Origin: Agathobacter sp.
GTDB lineage: Bacteria > Bacillota > Clostridia > Lachnospirales > Lachnospiraceae
Assembly: GCA_045530745.1 (NCBI GenBank)
Contig: JAZSCQ010000048.1
Location: forward strand, 49,503 to 113,502
DNA: 64,000 nucleotides
Direction: 5' to 3'
Part shown: positions 1 through 8,119 of the stretch, piece after piece
How the letters are laid out: each line of letters starts with the position of its first letter
Numbering within the stretch: position 1 is the stretch's first letter
Translations under genes and position numbers: made by a program
The notes under the pieces: generated by a model
Databases searched by the model: none
What the model was told of the DNA's origin: nothing
The model's input: the letters and a program-made list of their open reading frames with translations, nothing else

Positions 1-472
1 TGTAATATTCCACTCGCCTAGTAATATACGCAGATGCCTGCTTTTTGTACCACTTTTTCAGGTCATTTTGTAGCTTCTCGATGGCAAGCTTATTTTCTTC
101 TGCCTCGTAGTCTTTTATTAGTGCATCATAGTATGGTGTCTGGATTCGGATTTTCCCATTTTCGTATGTAAATGCATTCTTCTTGCCCTTTTGCATTTCT
201 ACCAGACGTTCTTCTCCTAAAAATGGAAACGAATAGTCTGTCTCAAAACGGCGTACCAGACGCATATCTTCTCTATCCTGCTGAATATCACGTTGTTTAA
301 GAATCCAGTCGATTTTCTGTTCTACAAAATCAGCGATTTCCTTGTCTGTCGGATAACGAAGTGGTGCTTTTACCGTCACACTTCCATCTTTATTGACAGA
401 CATGCAGACCGTTTTTCGCTTACTGCGGATAATATGAACTTGTATCGTTTCGTTGTTGTATGTTAGTTGCAT
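1..472 (-). CDS. M48/YgjP (DUF45) family metallopeptidase, 5' part only (runs off left edge)
   Basis: Not in ORF track. Manual translation from ATG at 472: MQLTYNNETIQVHIIRSKRKTVCMSVNKDGSVTVKAPLRYPTDKEIADFVEQKIDWILKQ, the typical YgjP N-terminus (RSxRKT...V.V.AP...WI). The HExxH motif would lie outside the window. Confidence 0.75.
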   Translation of the reverse strand, partial: MQLTYNNETIQVHIIRSKRKTVCMSVNKDGSVTVKAPLRYPTDKEIADFVEQKIDWILKQRDIQQDREDMRLVRRFETDYSFPFLGEERLVEMQKGKKNAFTYENGKIRIQTPYYDALIKDYEAEENKLAIEKLQNDLKKWYKKQASAYITRRVEYY

Positions 473-524
473 TATTCTTCCTACTTCTAAATATTACTAT
501 GTGTCATTCTACCAAAAATAAATA

Positions 525-557
525 AAAAAAGAAACTGCGTTATACAGTTTCTTTTTT
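525..557 (-). terminator. Intrinsic terminator after GTPase operon
   Basis: AAAAAAGAAACTG-N7-CAGTTTCTTTTTT inverted repeat with A/T tracts just past the stop at 562. Confidence 0.7.
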
Positions 558-561
558 CTTG

Positions 562-1506
562 TTATGAGAAATAAACCAATTCGTCTTCTGGTTTTTCCGC
601 TGGTTCGATGGAAATTGGATAAAGGACTGGGCCTTTGCCTTTGTATTCCATTGCAAATTCTACACGGATTTCTGCAGTAATGGTAATCCATGATTTGTGA
701 GCGATTTCTTTTTCCTTTGGATATTTACACTTGAATCCAATAAAGGTGATATCGTCTACACAGCAGGTCATTGCAAAACGACCTGGCACCATTACACCAC
801 TCTTTAAGTTGTCTGGATTGTATACGAGAGCAAGGAATTTTACCTTCTTGCCGTGGTATTTCTTGTAGTTGTCTACGGCATCCATGTACCAGATACCATA
901 GTCTGCATCGGAAAGCTCGATAATGTCCTGGTCGATATCAAATGGAAGTTCTTCTGGTCTTTCATCAATTGTTCCGTCTTTTCTTTCGTAAACAATCTGT
1001 GCTTTACGATTTACAGTTTTGATAAGACGACGGAATTTCGCTCTGTCGGTATCGTCATCGGTACGATTGAAAATCACTACGTCTGCTTCAAAAACCTGCT
1101 CCTGCATCATGGCACGCATGTTGTTCCAATAGCTTTCAAATGTAGTGGAATCTACAGTTGCAAGTGATTGAACGATTACCCATCCTTTTGGAAGCTTCGC
1201 TTCTAAAAATTTCGCCACTTCCCATGTGCCGTTGTATTCGATAAATACCTGTTCTGGTTTGTACTGTGCGTTAATTTCTGCAAGCTTTGCATCAGTAAAA
1301 TCTTCTTCATTTTCAATGGTCACCAAAGAAAACCCGATTTCAGCAAGCTTTGCTTCGTCATATTCTACATCTCCATCTTCACACATAATGATAATGCCTT
1401 TGCCTTCTGCAAAATCATTTTCAAAAAGTGTTTCCTGTACAAGAGAGGTCTTTCCGCTGTCCATAAATCCAGTAAAGAAATATACTGGAATCTCCTGAAT
1501 TGCCAT
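562..1506 (-). CDS. COG0523/CobW-like P-loop GTPase fused to a C-terminal TIGR03943/DUF1980-like domain
   Basis: Walker A TGFMDSGKT, IEYNG Walker B-like, ADVVIFNR. C-terminal RFAMTCCVDDI motif resembles the YcgQ/TIGR03943 C-domain. Confidence 0.7.
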   Translation of the reverse strand: MAIQEIPVYFFTGFMDSGKTSLVQETLFENDFAEGKGIIIMCEDGDVEYDEAKLAEIGFSLVTIENEEDFTDAKLAEINAQYKPEQVFIEYNGTWEVAKFLEAKLPKGWVIVQSLATVDSTTFESYWNNMRAMMQEQVFEADVVIFNRTDDDTDRAKFRRLIKTVNRKAQIVYERKDGTIDERPEELPFDIDQDIIELSDADYGIWYMDAVDNYKKYHGKKVKFLALVYNPDNLKSGVMVPGRFAMTCCVDDITFIGFKCKYPKEKEIAHKSWITITAEIRVEFAMEYKGKGPVLYPISIEPAEKPEDELVYFS

Positions 1507-1521
1507 ATATGTTCCTCCTGT

Positions 1522-2727
1522 TTATGCGATTCCAAAAAGTTCCATGAGTTTGTGATCATCAATATCTGTACCGATGACACAAAGTCTGCCTGTATAATCT
1601 GGCTGCCCTTCACGGAGTTCGTATTCACCTGGAACCATATCAAAGTAAATCCATGTGCCGTCTGTGCCTTCTACCATACCTTTTGCACGAAGGATTGTGC
1701 CATACTCTTCTGTATCGCAGAACACTTTAAGAATCTCTTCAATTCTAGCTCTGTCAAATTTGTGTGGAGTTTCCTTACCCCAGCTTGTAAATACATCATC
1801 TGCATGATGGTGGTGATGATGTCCATGTTCATGGTCATGGTCATGACAGCCACATGTGCAGTGTTCGTCATGTTCGTGGTGGTGATGTTCATGATGCTCG
1901 TGGTGTTCATGCTCATGTTCATGATGATGCTCGTCATGGTGGTGGCCATGGCAGCATTCATGCTCTTCTTCATCGTGGTGATGATGTCCGTGACAACATT
2001 CGTGTTCTTCGTCATCATGGTGGTGATGTTCGTGGTCATGGTCATGATGATGTCCACAGCAACATTCTTCATCGTGATCATGATGGTGATGATGCGCATG
2101 ATGTTCTGCAAGCACCTTCATTTCGAGGTTGTCCTGTCCTTCCATAACATTAAGAATCTGTTTACCATCGATAGCATCCCAAGCTGTTGTAATGATAGCA
2201 GCATCGTGATTGAGTTCCTGCATCATTTTTACACATTCTTCCAACTGTTCTGCAGTAGTATTCTGGCTACGGCTAAGAACAATAGTTGTTGCATGTTCAA
2301 TCTGATTGTTAAAGAATTCGCCAAAAGCTTTCATCTGTTTCTTTGCTTTTACAGCATTTACAACAGTAACAAGTGCGTTTAATTTGACATCCTGTTCTTT
2401 TTCAATGTCAATAACAGACTTCATAACGTCTGACAATTTACCTACACCTGATGGCTCGATAAGGATACGGTCTGGGTGATATTTTGTGATTACTTCGTTT
2501 AAGTTGGTAGCGAAGTCACCTACTAAGGAACAGCAGATACAGCCTGAGTTCATTTCTGTAATTTCAATGCCAGCATCTTTTAAGAATCCGCCGTCAATAC
2601 CTACTTCGCCGAATTCGTTTTCGATAAGTACAATCTGCTCTCCTACGAAAGCTTCTTCTAACATTTTCTTGATAAATGTCGTTTTTCCGGCTCCTAGGAA
2701 GCCTGAAATAATGTCAATCTTTGTCAT
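1522..2727 (-). CDS. COG0523 (CobW/YeiR/ZigA-like) Zn metallochaperone GTPase with His-rich insert
   Basis: SGFLGAGKTT, ENEFG, GCICCS (CxCC), IEPSG, ~100 aa His/Cys/Glu tract, CobW_C LRAKG. Confidence 0.9.
   Translation of the reverse strand: MTKIDIISGFLGAGKTTFIKKMLEEAFVGEQIVLIENEFGEVGIDGGFLKDAGIEITEMNSGCICCSLVGDFATNLNEVITKYHPDRILIEPSGVGKLSDVMKSVIDIEKEQDVKLNALVTVVNAVKAKKQMKAFGEFFNNQIEHATTIVLSRSQNTTAEQLEECVKMMQELNHDAAIITTAWDAIDGKQILNVMEGQDNLEMKVLAEHHAHHHHHDHDEECCCGHHHDHDHEHHHHDDEEHECCHGHHHHDEEEHECCHGHHHDEHHHEHEHEHHEHHEHHHHEHDEHCTCGCHDHDHEHGHHHHHHADDVFTSWGKETPHKFDRARIEEILKVFCDTEEYGTILRAKGMVEGTDGTWIYFDMVPGEYELREGQPDYTGRLCVIGTDIDDHKLMELFGIA
1800..2105 (-). repeat. Low-complexity His/Cys repeats (EHECCHGHHH-like units) inside CobW gene
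   Basis: Units EECCCGHHH, EHECCHGHHH (x2), EHCTCGCHDH in the translation. Confidence 0.85.
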
Positions 2728-2750
2728 CTTTTCTATCTCCTTTATATAAT

Positions 2751-4469
2751 TTACATATGCATATGATATAGCTTTTCATAAATTCCCTTTTGTTCCAAAA
2801 GCTCTTCGTGTGTACCCGATTCTGCGATACCTTCTTCTGTAAGCACGAGAATCTTTTCTGCATTCTGAATGGTCGTAAGTCTGTGCGCAATGACAAATGT
2901 GGTTCTGTTCTTTGCAAGACTTTCTAGGGAATCCTGTACTACCTTTTCACTCTCGTTGTCGAGTGCAGAAGTTGCCTCGTCAAAGATAAGGATTGGCGGA
3001 TTCTTTAAGAATACACGGGCAATGGAAAGTCGCTGTTTCTGTCCACCAGAAAGCTTAATACCACGCTGTCCGATATCGGTGTTGTATCCGTCTGGGAAAG
3101 ACATGATAAATTCATGGGCATTGGCATTTTTTGCTGCCTCGATAACTTCATCCATGGTCGCGCCAGGCTTACCGTAAGCGATATTTTCAAAAATGGTTCC
3201 AGCAAACAAATATACATCCTGCTGCACAATACCAATCTGGCTACGAAGGCTCTTTAAGGTCACTTCACGGATATCTTTGCCATCAATTCGGATTGTTCCA
3301 CTGTTTACATCATAGAAACGTGGAATCAAAGAACAAAGTGTCGTTTTCCCTGCACCTGATGAACCAACTAATGCCATATATGCGCCTGCCGGCACTTCTA
3401 AGTTTACGCCCTTTAATACGGTATCCGAATGATCGTTGTAGCTAAAGGTTACATCTTCAAAACTGATATCCCCCTTCACATCCTTAAGCTCCTCTGCATT
3501 AGGAGCATCTGCAATATCTGGCTCTGTATTCATAATTTCCATAAAACGTTCAAAACCTGTATACCCATTTTGGAACTGTTCCGTAAAATCAATCAGTGTA
3601 CGGATAGGCTCTGTAAATACGCCGATGTAAAGCAAGAAAGTAAGCAGGTCTGTTACCTCAAGGTCTCCCATCGCGATGAAATAACTGCCAACTACAATAA
3701 CCACAACCTGAACCATTGTGGTAAATGCATGAATCCCCGCATGGAAGCTGCCCATATAAAAATAACTATTTTTCTTCGCAGACAAGAAGCCGTCGTTTCC
3801 TACCTGAAATTTATCATTTTCCACTTCTTCATTGGCAAAAGATTTTACCACACGAATGCCCGATAGGTTATCTTCTATCTGACCATTGATTTCTGCAATC
3901 TTCTGACGATTATTTCGGAATGCCTTACGCATCTTCTTATTAAGCAAAAATGCATACGCAAACATAAACGGCAGAACTGCAAATGCTGCTAAGGTAAGTC
4001 TTACATCAATTCCTGTCAGAATAATGAGCGCACCTGAAATCTTAAGCACAGAAAGAATAATATTCTCTGGCCCATGATGCAAAAGCTCAGTAATATCAAA
4101 CAAGTCCGTAGTAATACGGCTCATCAGCTGTCCTACCTTCTGGTCATCATAGAAGGAGAAGGAAAGCTTCTGCATGTGATTAAAAATCTCTGCTCGCATA
4201 TTGTATTCAATTTTGGCACCCATCACGTGGCCATAGTTTCCGATAAAGAACTTGCAAAAAAAGTCGAGACCAATCAACACAACCAACACAACTGCTATCA
4301 TGATGATTTTAGAAAGTATCTCTTCTGCTGGCAAATAAATAAGTGTATTTGTCACATAACGAACGATCAAAGGGATAGATAAGGCAATTCCCGCAGACAG
4401 AGTCGCAAAGAACATATCTGCCACGAACCAACCCATATATGGTTTGTAATAGGATAATAATTTCTTCAT
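2751..4469 (-). CDS. ABC transporter, fused permease/ATP-binding (MsbA/Sav1866-type half exporter)
   Basis: N-terminal TM helices, GSSGAGKT, LSGGQKQR, ILIFDEATSALD, IAHRL. Confidence 0.93.
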   Translation of the reverse strand: MKKLLSYYKPYMGWFVADMFFATLSAGIALSIPLIVRYVTNTLIYLPAEEILSKIIMIAVVLVVLIGLDFFCKFFIGNYGHVMGAKIEYNMRAEIFNHMQKLSFSFYDDQKVGQLMSRITTDLFDITELLHHGPENIILSVLKISGALIILTGIDVRLTLAAFAVLPFMFAYAFLLNKKMRKAFRNNRQKIAEINGQIEDNLSGIRVVKSFANEEVENDKFQVGNDGFLSAKKNSYFYMGSFHAGIHAFTTMVQVVVIVVGSYFIAMGDLEVTDLLTFLLYIGVFTEPIRTLIDFTEQFQNGYTGFERFMEIMNTEPDIADAPNAEELKDVKGDISFEDVTFSYNDHSDTVLKGVNLEVPAGAYMALVGSSGAGKTTLCSLIPRFYDVNSGTIRIDGKDIREVTLKSLRSQIGIVQQDVYLFAGTIFENIAYGKPGATMDEVIEAAKNANAHEFIMSFPDGYNTDIGQRGIKLSGGQKQRLSIARVFLKNPPILIFDEATSALDNESEKVVQDSLESLAKNRTTFVIAHRLTTIQNAEKILVLTEEGIAESGTHEELLEQKGIYEKLYHMHM

Positions 4470-4496
4470 AATACTACCTCTTTTCCTAACCTATAT

Positions 4497-4539
4497 ATTT
4501 TATCATAAATTTGAAATATGTCAAAAATTATGCTATACT
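4497..4539. promoter_or_regulatory. Overlapping divergent sigma-A promoters
   Basis: Plus: TTGAAA(4511)-17-TATACT(4534). Minus: TTGACA(4524-4519)-16-TAAAAT(4502-4497) with TGn extension. Confidence 0.55.
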
Positions 4540-4569
4540 TTTGCAATCAAAATTTGGGAGGAATAACCA

Positions 4570-5205
4570 GTGAGTATAAAAAAAGAATATTATAAGAACC
4601 TTGCAAATACTGTATTAAAGGGTTTCCAGAAACGCTTTATGGAAGGCTATTATTGCGAGACTGTAGAAGAAGCAAAAAAACTTGCGCTTTCCTTCGTATC
4701 GGAAAACAGTACCGTATCTTTCGGTGGCTCTGTGACCTTGGATGAGACTGGCGTACTTGCAGAACTTCGTGCCCGTGAAGACATCACTCTTTACGACCGC
4801 GCTACTGCCACAACACCAGAAGAAAACAAGAAAATCATGCACGATGCGCTTTCATGCGACTACTATTTCATGAGTTCCAATGCAATCACTGTAGATGGCG
4901 AACTCGTAAATATCGATGGCAACGGCAATCGTGTGGCTGCACTTATCTATGGCCCAGAAAATGTAATTATCCTTGCAGGTATGAATAAGGTTGTAAAAAC
5001 TGTAGAAGAAGGCATCAGCCGCACACGCAATGTAGCTTCTCCTCAGAACTGTATCCGCTTAAACAAGGACACTCCTTGTAAGGTCAACGGCATTTGTGGT
5101 AACTGCTTAAAAGATACCATCTGCGACCAGATTGTTATTACAAGAGCCAGTCGCGTACCTAACCGCATTAAAGTTATTCTTGTTGGCGAGGAACTTGGAT
5201 TCTAA
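4570..5205 (+). CDS. LUD-domain (lactate utilisation LutC/YkgG-like) protein
   Basis: GGSVTL, SSNAITxDGELVNIDGNGNRVAA, GMNKVV, Cys-rich C-terminus. GTG start with GGAGG RBS. Confidence 0.85.
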   Translation: MSIKKEYYKNLANTVLKGFQKRFMEGYYCETVEEAKKLALSFVSENSTVSFGGSVTLDETGVLAELRAREDITLYDRATATTPEENKKIMHDALSCDYYFMSSNAITVDGELVNIDGNGNRVAALIYGPENVIILAGMNKVVKTVEEGISRTRNVASPQNCIRLNKDTPCKVNGICGNCLKDTICDQIVITRASRVPNRIKVILVGEELGF

Positions 5206-5221
5206 ATAAATGAACAAAAGC

Positions 5222-5267
5222 AAAAAGTGGTAGATGGAATCTATTAAAAAACCATCTACCACTTTTT
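5222..5267. terminator. Bidirectional terminator
   Basis: AAAAAGTGGTAGATGG ... CCATCTACCACTTTTT between convergent genes. Confidence 0.8.
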
Positions 5268-5272
5268 ATTGT

Positions 5273-8119
5273 TTATTCTATATTTTCTGTTTTTGCAACT
5301 TTTACGGTTATCTTTTTGCGAACGAAAAGCAATACTGCTATAACTACAACTGCAACTACAAAAATCATGATATATCCAAGTGAAGAAGCAGTTTCTTCAT
5401 ACAGCGCAAAGCCCTGTTCGCCATCTGCGAAATCGAACGCAAGGTAAGAACCCACTACTGTAAAATCACGCTCATTCCAGTTTCCAGCCGCATCTTTTAC
5501 ATAAAGTGTAATATCTTCTACATTCAGCTCTGCTGGAATACGATAACGAAGTTCTTCTACACCAATATTGGAAATATCCACCTTCCAGTTTTCATTTACA
5601 ATTACACCTAAAACCTCTTTCTCTGTCGAAAGCATATTTGTAAGTGTAATATCTGTGCTCGCATCAAATGCTCCTATCGCAAGAATACGTGTCTTACCAT
5701 CATTTGTTTTGTCACTTCCCTGGGCAACCATATGCTTTGGATTAAAATCCGCTTCATAGGTCTGATCAAATAAAACATTTGTAAGTCTTGCTTTGGAAAG
5801 ATAAAGCACTTCCTCTACTTCATTCATTCCAAGAACTTTTGATGTAACAGGCTTTTTATATACCCATTCATAGATATCGCCTTCTTTCACTTCTGGAACT
5901 GGCAACTGGTCTAATGCAAGACTTCCACCTGTTGGAACAGACAATACTACGTCATCCTGACCTTCTACCACAAATCGAATTGATACACTCTTAAACACTT
6001 CATCAAGATTCTTAATTACAAGGAATTCTTCTAAACTAATTCTTTTAGATGCGCCTGCATAGTTGATGCCATCAATACCACCAATGTTCTTTCCAACTAC
6101 ATAATATGTATTGTCAGTTACAAGTGGACCATTGTCCTCCTCATCTTTGTCCTTGCCTTTATTTTCCTCTATTCTGTCATCTGGAAGCACGTCAGTACTA
6201 CCAAAAATGCTACCTACATATTTGGTTCCCGCTACGATATCGATAAATGCACAGCTATCATAACATTCACATCCCCATCCAGCTATACCACCGACATAGT
6301 CAGAGCCTGCTATGATACATTTGCTGATACTGTCAAAAATAACTGTATCACAGCCACCAGCAACACCACCAATATAATCAGCACTCAGACAATCGATATT
6401 TCCCAGATTCTTACCTTCAAAAACAGCACCGATTGCCATGAATCCAACGATTCCGCCGGCATATTTCTTCGTTACGGATATCTTGCCGAAATTGGTACAA
6501 TCACGAATCACCAGACGTAGTTCGCCTTTTCCGCTTATGTTGATTTCGCCATTGATTTCGATATCCTCATCCATGCTCATCGTAGCTTCTGTATTTGCAT
6601 TTCCTGCAATACCGCCAACATATTTGCTTCCGTAAACATCACCATAGTTCACACATTTATTTGCTTTTGCAAGTGTATCCTTTTTCGTGTCATCACGAGA
6701 TACATCCACTATTTCAACACCTACGGATATATCCATATCCAAATCTGTATCCAATGATAAATTGGAATCCTTTACGGAATCGCCAATGGACGCACTTAAA
6801 TCATTCAAGGCTGCATTGAATTTATCTTCGTCAAATTCCTCCGAATTTAAATCACCAAAATTCTCCATCCCTTCTGGAAGTTCGATATCTTCAAAATCTT
6901 CTGGCACTTCAATATCTTCGAAGTTCTCTGGAAGCTCAATATCATCGGAGTTCTCTGGGCGCTTGACATCTTCAGAATCCTCTTTCTCTGAGTCTTCCAG
7001 TTTTTCAAGTTCATCAAAAGCGTCCTTAATATTTTGCATATCATCTTTGCTGAACTCTATTTTCAAATCCTCCATGTCGCCTAACGAAGATTCTAATTTA
7101 TTCTCCTCAAAAGTAATCACAAGACTTGGTTTCATCTGTCCTGCAATACCACCAACACCATTTGAACCATTGATTTTGGCATAGTTTATACACTCTGTCA
7201 AATAACCATTTGAAGAACCTACAATTCCACCGATATTGTAGCCCATTTTTTCATAGCCTACATTTCCTTTATTGATACAAGCGCGGATTGTACCCGAATT
7301 GGTTCCTGCGATACCACCAATATCACAAGCTGAATCCATACTTTCAGAAAAACCAAAGCTATCCATATCCGTGTCCAGACTAAGTTCCAGATCCATATCC
7401 ATATTACTTAAATCCATACCAATTGTATTATGTTCGACGGCAGTATTTACTTCTGCATTATTGATACATTCACGAATTACGCCCTGGTTCTTTCCTACGA
7501 AACCACCTACTTTCGCTTCGCCATGTACCAGACCATTCATCATACAGTTCTCAACAATACCCGATACTCTGTTTTCTCCAACCAGACCACCTACAATAGC
7601 TTTGCCAGAAACAACACCATTTACAATACAATTGCGAATAGTTCCTTTATTTACACCTGCGATTCCTCCCACCACGGTATTACTTCCGTCTGGTTGAACA
7701 TTCATCTGTAAAATCAGTCCGTTTACTACTGCATCCTTTTGAAGATAACGGAAAAAGCCAAGAACATTTTCGTTCTGTTCAAATTCGATTCCATATAGTT
7801 TATGTCCCTGTCCTAGAAAAGTTCCGCCAAAGGTAGGAATTCCATCAAAATCCACCCCTGTCATATGGATATCCTGAGTTAACACAAATACTTTTCCTTT
7901 ACTGTATGCTTCATCAACACAGTTCTCCGCTAATTCAATCAAATCATATGTTGTAGAAATATAAATCGCATCTTTGGGAATAGAAGCCTCATCTACAATA
8001 CCAGCTTTTGGACCAGCTTCTGCCGGTTCTGCGTGAAAGGACATTGGCAACATACCTAACAACAAGCATCCTATCATTGATAATACAGTGATTTTTTTCC
8101 ATAAGTGCTTATGCTTCAT
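5273..8119 (-). CDS. Secreted, C-terminally membrane-anchored GLUG-repeat (beta-helix-like) surface protein
   Basis: Signal peptide, many VGGIAG/IGGIVG + CxNxG repeats, acidic central insert, C-terminal TM helix followed by RKK. Confidence 0.75.
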   Translation of the reverse strand: MKHKHLWKKITVLSMIGCLLLGMLPMSFHAEPAEAGPKAGIVDEASIPKDAIYISTTYDLIELAENCVDEAYSKGKVFVLTQDIHMTGVDFDGIPTFGGTFLGQGHKLYGIEFEQNENVLGFFRYLQKDAVVNGLILQMNVQPDGSNTVVGGIAGVNKGTIRNCIVNGVVSGKAIVGGLVGENRVSGIVENCMMNGLVHGEAKVGGFVGKNQGVIRECINNAEVNTAVEHNTIGMDLSNMDMDLELSLDTDMDSFGFSESMDSACDIGGIAGTNSGTIRACINKGNVGYEKMGYNIGGIVGSSNGYLTECINYAKINGSNGVGGIAGQMKPSLVITFEENKLESSLGDMEDLKIEFSKDDMQNIKDAFDELEKLEDSEKEDSEDVKRPENSDDIELPENFEDIEVPEDFEDIELPEGMENFGDLNSEEFDEDKFNAALNDLSASIGDSVKDSNLSLDTDLDMDISVGVEIVDVSRDDTKKDTLAKANKCVNYGDVYGSKYVGGIAGNANTEATMSMDEDIEINGEINISGKGELRLVIRDCTNFGKISVTKKYAGGIVGFMAIGAVFEGKNLGNIDCLSADYIGGVAGGCDTVIFDSISKCIIAGSDYVGGIAGWGCECYDSCAFIDIVAGTKYVGSIFGSTDVLPDDRIEENKGKDKDEEDNGPLVTDNTYYVVGKNIGGIDGINYAGASKRISLEEFLVIKNLDEVFKSVSIRFVVEGQDDVVLSVPTGGSLALDQLPVPEVKEGDIYEWVYKKPVTSKVLGMNEVEEVLYLSKARLTNVLFDQTYEADFNPKHMVAQGSDKTNDGKTRILAIGAFDASTDITLTNMLSTEKEVLGVIVNENWKVDISNIGVEELRYRIPAELNVEDITLYVKDAAGNWNERDFTVVGSYLAFDFADGEQGFALYEETASSLGYIMIFVVAVVVIAVLLFVRKKITVKVAKTENIE
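6872..6979 (-). repeat. 4 x 27-bp tandem repeat encoding acidic 9-aa units (DIELPENFE-like)
   Basis: ttctggaagttcgatatcttcaaaatc / ttctggcacttcaatatcttcgaagtt / ctctggaagctcaatatcatcggagtt / ctctgggcgcttgacatcttcagaatc. Confidence 0.75.

Noticed and set aside
1800-2105. Possible CRISPR-like periodicity
   Set aside because: Repeats are in-frame codon repeats with no constant repeat/unique spacer pattern, and no cas genes are present.
1552-2382. 276-aa plus-strand Met/Val-rich ORF and other frames over the His tract
   Set aside because: Antisense/alternate-frame shadow of the CAT/CAC repeats in the CobW gene.
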